Assembly: GCA_030167865.1 (NCBI GenBank)
Contig: JALAGF010001425.1
Span: forward strand, 1-35,083
DNA from: Craspedostauros australis
Taxonomy: Eukaryota
Direction: 5' to 3'
Length of the DNA: 35,083 bases
Shown: positions 28,974 through 35,083 of the stretch, piece after piece
Position numbering within the stretch: the first letter of the stretch is position 1
Layout: every line of letters starts with the position of its first letter
Notes under the pieces: generated by a model
Databases searched by the model: none
What the model saw: only the letters and a program-made list of their open reading frames with translations
Told to the model about the DNA's origin: nothing
Made by a program: the position numbers and the translations under genes

Positions 28974-31900
28974 ATGAGACAGTTCATTCTCGATGTGCCT
29001 TCCACCGTCGGACTGCTCATTCTGTGCCTCGCATTCCGACCAGATGACCGGTTACGTCCATCATCAGCACTTCCGTCGCTGCTGACGTCGTCAGCATTCA
29101 CACCTATTATCACACAGGGGCAACGCCGTTGCCATCAGCCACAGCATGGGTCGCAGAGTTGCAGGCACTGGATGAGCACGAATCAGCGCGGCCCCATTGG
29201 TGCGACATTCCGACTCAATAGCAGCATTGACAACAGCAGCAGCAGCAACAGCAGCACTGACTACGACCGCCCGACAGTCAGGACGAAGAAACAAACTGGT
29301 CCGCGAGGAGCAAAGAAGGGTGGCAAAGCCATAAATGCACCAGAGCAACGCAATCCCAGCAAATCACGTCGCAAGCCGCCCGTACGCAATCGAGTGAAGA
29401 AGAAATGGGAGCTACGTCCGCTGGATGAGGAACTCAAGAGGTTAAGACATCGTCAGAACGGAGTCGGACAGGCAGAGAGGGTGCTGGAGGAGAGCCTGCA
29501 ATCCATGATGCTTGATTACAACATGTCTTCTACTGTCGATATCAGCACCGATAGCAACGCCACCACCGATGACGGCAGCACCACCAGCACCACCAGCACC
29601 AATGCACCGGCCATCTATCTCAGCAGAACCAAAATCTATCAGTCCAACTATCCCGATCGCACCAACTTTCACACACTGCTTGCGATTTATTCACAGAACT
29701 CCAGATTCGACCCATCCGCGGCGAAGAAGGCGCAGACGACGTTAGATCAAATGAAGAGCATGTCCAAGCTGTTCTCGCATTTGAAGCCTCAGATATATAC
29801 CTACAATGCCGTGCTCGAGGTCTTCACCAAGAGCTACACATCCGACAGGCTCAAGCTCAAAGGCCGGCGTCACTACTACAAGCGCTGCATCCAGGCCTTG
29901 TTCGAAGAAATCAAGACGACATCCAAACCAAACACCTTCACGTACAATATGATACTGTCCTTGCGAACACCAGAACTGGAGGAATGGAGGGAAGCCGAGG
30001 CGTGGTGTTTGGCTGGTGTTCAAGACGACCCAGGCACGACAACGGCCAATACCCGCTATCTCCCGGATTCTCAATCGCTCAATTCACTGCTGCGCACCTA
30101 CGCCAAAGTGGGCCAAGGAGATGCGGCGCAATCCCTGCTGGTGCATCTCATCAACGAAAGTCAAACACAACGCCTGGATGAATCCGATGAGGATTGCGCG
30201 ATCCGGCAAAAGACCATGATGCCTCACATCGTGCGCTTCAATTATGTCTACTCTGCGCTCACGTCGTACGCCTTCATCCAGCAAACGTCACCGCGCGAAG
30301 CCTGCAAGCGAACGCTGCAGCTGTTCGCATTGCAGAAGAGACTCGTTGCCGATGGTTTGGAAAATGCGCAGCCGGATACGGTAACGTACAATCAAGTGAT
30401 CTCTGCACTTGCGCGCGATGGGCAGACCAAGAAGGCACTGCAGGTCCTGGAGGAGCATGAGACCATGGCCTCGCAGGATCCAACCAACAAACGATTGAAA
30501 CCGGATCTCATCACCTATTCCTCCACATTGCAGGCATTCGCGAAGGAGCAAGGTCAATTCCATCATCGTGGTCTTCGGAGGCAGGCGAAGTCACAGCAAC
30601 AGGCCGAACTTGCGATGGAAGTGTTCCGTCGGTTGGTCGAGGCGTACCGAACTTCTGGGGACCCCGAGATGGCCCCGACGGTTCGGATATGTGAGTACAT
30701 ACCATCGCCATTGCTGTTATCGTCATCGTCATCGTCGTGATCAGTTGCACCAGCTGCGTCAGTTGAAGACGCAGAAAGACGGAATGAGATGAATGCCATA
30801 CAATCCACTGGAATCACTCTCACAGTCACACCTTTGGTTTCACGCTTTGCGGATGCTCTTGAACTCTTCCACTCCCTACCATGCGCATGTACTTCAGACA
30901 ACATCCTGATCAACATTTGGTCAGCCATCGGTTCAAGAGATGGACTGGACAAGGCATACTCCATCCTGAGGGATATGAAGGCGTTGTTCGGGGTGAACCC
31001 GGATCAGATCTCCTATGCCACGTTGATCTTCGCATGGTCCAGGAGCAGCCGAACCAACCGACTACCGGATGCAGGATACCGCTCGGGCAACTTGTTGAAC
31101 GAGTTGAACCAGCTCCCACACAGCCGCCTCTCTAACATGAAGTGGACGTCGATCATCAACGCTGTCATATCCGCCTGGGCGCGCAGCGAACACGAGCAGG
31201 CGCCGCAACAGGCGGAAGAGCTGCTGTCCATGCTGGAAGACAAGCTGGCGACTGGACATCCCAACGCCAATCCTGAATGCGCCACCTTCATCGCCATCAT
31301 CGATGCCTACGCCAAGGCAGGAATCCCCGACGCTCTCGCCCGGTGCGATGAACTCCTGGAACGGATGGAGGACCTCGCGACGACGTACGACATTGATGGA
31401 TTGGAGCCGACTCGGTCGCTTTGGAATGCTGTCGTCAATGCGTTGGCCAAGAGTATGCAACCGGAAGCGGTGGATCGAGCAGAGGAAATCCTCGCCATGA
31501 TGCAGGCCTCCACTGATGACGATGTGAAACCAGACATCGTCACCTACGCCACGCTCATCGATTGTCACACCAAGTGCGGCGGCGATCCGAATCGCGCGGA
31601 GGAGTTGCTGACATTCGTCGAAGAGACGTACCGCAATGGCAGCACGCATCTGTGCCCCAACGGCGTGTTTTACAGCGCGATACTACAGTCGTATGCCAAG
31701 CAAGCCACCACGGAAGGCGTGACAAAGGCGGAGAATCTGCTGAAACGGAACAGCGAGCTTTACGAACAAGGCAAGTGGTACGCCAAACCAAACACCGTGA
31801 TGTACAACGCCGTCATTGATGCGATCGCGCGTGGGGCTGGCGATGATGCCGGTGACAAGGCGGAAGCGCTACTCGGTCAGATGGAGACGATGTATGCATC

Positions 31901-32821
31901 AGGCAACGATGATTTGAAGCCAAGCCGCCGGACCTACAACGCAGTGATATTGGCGTACTGCGGCAGATCTGGCGGAAGCATCAAAGCGGAGAGGATGTTG
32001 GAAAAGATGGAACAGTTTGCATCGATGCATGAAGAAGTCTATCCGGACAGAGTCACCTTCAACGCGTACGTTCCGTGACTGTCGTGTGGCACATATGATT
32101 GCAAAAACGATTGGATTGATTACATTTGCCCTGTTGGATGGGCGTGGTGTATGATCATTGCCGTCGGCATCCATACCAGTGCTACGTTGAATGTTGCGCT
32201 CATACTTGCAGGACTCACCTGGTCCTGTCGGAGTTTCGGGACGATCTGAATGAGGATGCAGCAAATTCGTGGCACATTGCAGCCATTTTTATTGCACCCC
32301 TACTCGCCTGTTGCACTCTTGTGTCGTATTGCATTTCATTGGCTCGTTGGAAAGATCGAACTCACTGTGAACTCTGTCTTTGCGCTGCCTTGGCTCATGC
32401 TCACTCAACCGATGCACACAATGCGCTTTCTCCATGATACTGCCATGATACTCCCATACGCAGAGTGATTGGTGCGATCGTGGGAGATCCAGACGCGGAA
32501 GTGCCGGCAGATCGTGCACAGGCCATCTTGGATACGATGAAGTCAAAATCTGTGCGCCCGGATGGACGAACATACAGCCAGGTCATCGAGGCTTGGCTGA
32601 AATGCAACGACGATAAGGGAAGGGCATTGGCCGAGCAGGCGCTGGGCAATTTCATGGAGGCAATCGAGTCGCAGAAGCAGAGCGGTCCATGGCTTTACGA
32701 GGAAGAGGTTTGGAAGGTGGTAGACGAGTACAAACTCCTGGGCGAAGACTCAGCCGCGCGGTCGCACCAGCAGACTCAGATTGGGAGTATGAGCAGCGGA
32801 GATGAGTACTCCTTCTTTTGA
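28974..32821 (+). CDS. Pentatricopeptide-repeat (PPR) protein, probably plastid-targeted; exons 28974-30690, 30898-32065 and 32464-32821
   Basis: Many PPR starts: PQIYTYNAVL, PNTFTYNMIL, PDTVTYNQVISALA, PDIVTYATLID, PNTVMYNAVIDAIA and PSRRTYNAVI. Both splices rebuild PPR motifs (PTVRI-Y-NILIN and PDRVTFN-A-VIG). The N-terminus has a hydrophobic stretch followed by SSA|FTP. Confidence 0.9.
30691..30897 (+). other. Intron 1 of the PPR gene (207 nt, phase 1)
   Basis: T|GTGAGT donor and ACTTCAG|AC acceptor; the join forms TAC (Tyr). Confidence 0.88.
32066..32463 (+). other. Intron 2 of the PPR gene (398 nt, phase 2)
   Basis: GC|GTACGT donor and ATACGCAG|A acceptor; the join forms GCA (Ala) in frame with ORF 32465-32821. 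Confidence 0.8.
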
Positions 32822-33110
32822 GGGGTGCCCACATACGCGGCGGACATCTAATTTGATGTGAGGCCCGAATGATACGAAGCTAGCAAATGAATTTTGGCTC
32901 GGATAGAAGTCGATCATTTCGGACGGGCAGTCAATTTCAAACTTGTGCGAAAGGAATGGCACGGAGTGTACGTATTCTATTAGCGCTTCCCTACGAGTAC
33001 AAGCAGAGAAGGAGAGAGAGAGAGAGTATATGCCATGGCTGCAGTGCATTCGTTTGTCCAAACTCATACTCCACGTGTGTATCATATCTTGCGCACGTAG
33101 CTCGGCGTGA

Positions 33111-34514
33111 CTACTGTCCAAGAATCTTGATGCGCGCCGCGCTCATGGCACCCATGTCCCTCGGCACGCACATGCGATCATCCAAGAACTCCGCGAGCTG
33201 TCTCACATCGTCATCGTGAGTCGTCGTTGCACCTGTCAGCAGCGTTGCTGTCAGTTTGCGCAGAGCTTCATCCACATGTCTTTCTTCGAATTCCATCCGC
33301 TTGGCCGTATCTTTCACAAGCGCTTCACGGTTCCGCACGATGGTGGATGCGGCATCAACGTGAGGTCCATCTTCGGGGACATGATCTCTCGACGATGCGT
33401 ATTGGCGCCACACGTCCAAGTTGGCGTCGGTAAGGAGCTTCGTGGCTTCGGCGGCCTCGCAGGCATCTGCGTTGGACTGGATCTGCGGCGGAAAACCAGC
33501 GTTCGCAAATCCTGCCATCGACAGCACCTTCCTCCAGCTCGATGCGTTGCCCTTGACGTGGCAGGCGTATTCTGGAACCGCGTCCATGGCCGCGTACCAC
33601 CGGCTCAGGTGGGGATACGTCGTGGAGCATGCAGGATCCAACCCAGCATGCAGACACGGCAGCTGATACCTGTACCGTTCCAAGAATGGCACCCACGCAA
33701 TGTCGGCCGCCGTGAGTTGCGCACCGCAAAAGAAGGGACCTTCGTTGCCTTTGCCGTCGCATCCTGTCGCAAGCAAGTCGTCCGTTCCCTGCAAGGTCTC
33801 TTCGAAGGTGGACTTCCACAGCGGTTCTCCGTTGTACTGAAACAGGAACGCAGCGCGTGACGAGGGTCTGGCACGAGGAAACACGTTGCGGAACTGGTTG
33901 ATGCACTGTTTGACGTTGGCATCATCGCAACGCAAGGCACCGTCGTTATATCGGCGATCGAGCTCGGCCACCAGATCCATGGATTCACCCTGCGTGCGAC
34001 CGTCCGGCCATTTCATCTGCGGTGTTTGGCCGCCAAAGTACGACGGGCGCGGTCCACCGGTGTTGTCAATGCGGATCGTATCGTACTCCTGTCCGATCAG
34101 TTCCAGAGTCAGCCAGACGCGCTCGCTGTAGGGACACCAGCCATGGCGTTCTCGGAACAAGGTGGGGTGTTCTGTGGAGAAGGATGGCTTGGATGGATTG
34201 AGAGCGGAGTCAATGGACGATGGCCCCGTCTGCGAGAACCATTGCTTGGGTTGGGCATTGAGCTCAGCCTCCAGTTCCTTCCAAGACCTCGCTGGTGCAT
34301 CAGCGATGCTCTCGTGGTTGCCAGTGGCAGCCAGAGCAAGTGGCGATGCCGTCACCGTTGTCCTTGCAGCGACGTGATGCTGTGTGAAGGCCTGAACAGT
34401 CATGGCGGAGTTCTGAAAGACCGTCAGCATCAGCATCAGCATCAGCATCAGTGTCAGCGTCAACGCTGAGAAGCCAACATGCTGAAGACTGCCGGGCTTG
34501 CTCATGTCCCTCAT
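33111..34514 (-). CDS. Plastid-targeted cysteine-type glutathione S-transferase, Iota-class-like
   Basis: Signal peptide ending VQA|F. GST motifs LFRERHGWCPYSERVWL, ESMDLV, GPFFCG..LTAADIAWVPFLERY and YPHLSRWYAAM. The C-terminal extension has IVRNREAL and DRMCVPRDMG..SAA. The start is 34514 or 34505. Confidence 0.85.
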   Translation of the reverse strand: MRDMSKPGSLQHVGFSALTLTLMLMLMLMLTVFQNSAMTVQAFTQHHVAARTTVTASPLALAATGNHESIADAPARSWKELEAELNAQPKQWFSQTGPSSIDSALNPSKPSFSTEHPTLFRERHGWCPYSERVWLTLELIGQEYDTIRIDNTGGPRPSYFGGQTPQMKWPDGRTQGESMDLVAELDRRYNDGALRCDDANVKQCINQFRNVFPRARPSSRAAFLFQYNGEPLWKSTFEETLQGTDDLLATGCDGKGNEGPFFCGAQLTAADIAWVPFLERYRYQLPCLHAGLDPACSTTYPHLSRWYAAMDAVPEYACHVKGNASSWRKVLSMAGFANAGFPPQIQSNADACEAAEATKLLTDANLDVWRQYASSRDHVPEDGPHVDAASTIVRNREALVKDTAKRMEFEERHVDEALRKLTATLLTGATTTHDDDVRQLAEFLDDRMCVPRDMGAMSAARIKILGQ

Positions 34515-35083
34515 GCTTTTGTGCTGCCAACAGAAAGCGACCAAAAGATCGGTGAGAGGCAATTGTGGCGCCTCAATCAGTCAGCCAGTTCTCGTGCGGG
34601 TGGGATCGGATTGGGTGGCGACGACGAAATGAGGAGGCGCCGGTGGTTGTTGGTTGTTGGTTGATGGCGGAGTTGAGGTGGGGGTGTCACGGTTACTGTG
34701 GAAGGTGTTTTCGATGATTCGCAAAAGTAGTAGTCCCCCAAAACACGGTTCGCAAAATCGAAATGGGCCAATGAGGGGCCAAGGAATCGCCTGCTCTTTT
34801 AGGGCACCCCGTCCTGCGACAGTGCTGTCCCCCAATCGCAGGAGGCACAACGGACGCCCATGCCCATGACGTCATGGAGGTATCGGAACATTTGACAATC
34901 ACTGCTGTGGTACACTTTATTGTTGTCATCGGCCTTGTTGGCTGCATGCATGAATGGGAATGGATGCCCTCTCTTTTGGGGGAAAACGTTGACGGACCCT
35001 TTTTGCCAGATTTGAATCGGCATTTTCTTCGTCTTGCGCGACACATAATTTGGCTCACAGACCGATCGGAACAAAAACAGCAG

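Noticed and set aside
8946-34514. Plastid-function gene cluster (DUF3598-like, ABA4, DGD, PPR, GST)
   Set aside because: The genes belong to unrelated pathways and are interspersed with other genes; plastid-targeted genes are common enough that chance is adequate.

Overview
Eukaryotic nuclear DNA, most likely from a diatom. The evidence is compact genes, few GT-AG introns, four bipartite signal + 'ASAF'-type plastid presequences, silaffin-like K/S segments and a diatom-type LRR family; the species cannot be determined. The left edge holds the 5' end of a Ty1/copia LTR retrotransposon on the minus strand, which the ORF track misses. It has a ~108-bp LTR (764-871), a half-tRNA-iMet primer-binding site (753-763) and a gag-like ORF running off the window. 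Twelve host genes follow: a GT15/KRE2-like glycosyltransferase; two secreted Cys-rich cell-surface proteins, one with a K/S segment and PTSA mucin repeats; a 2-exon plastid DUF3598/BFA1-like protein; three dispersed paralogous LRR genes; plastid ABA4-like; a DGDG synthase with a long disordered N-terminus; an NTF2-like::TIP41 fusion; a 3-exon plastid PPR protein; and a plastid Iota-like GST. All family calls come from motif recognition by eye; no searches were run.
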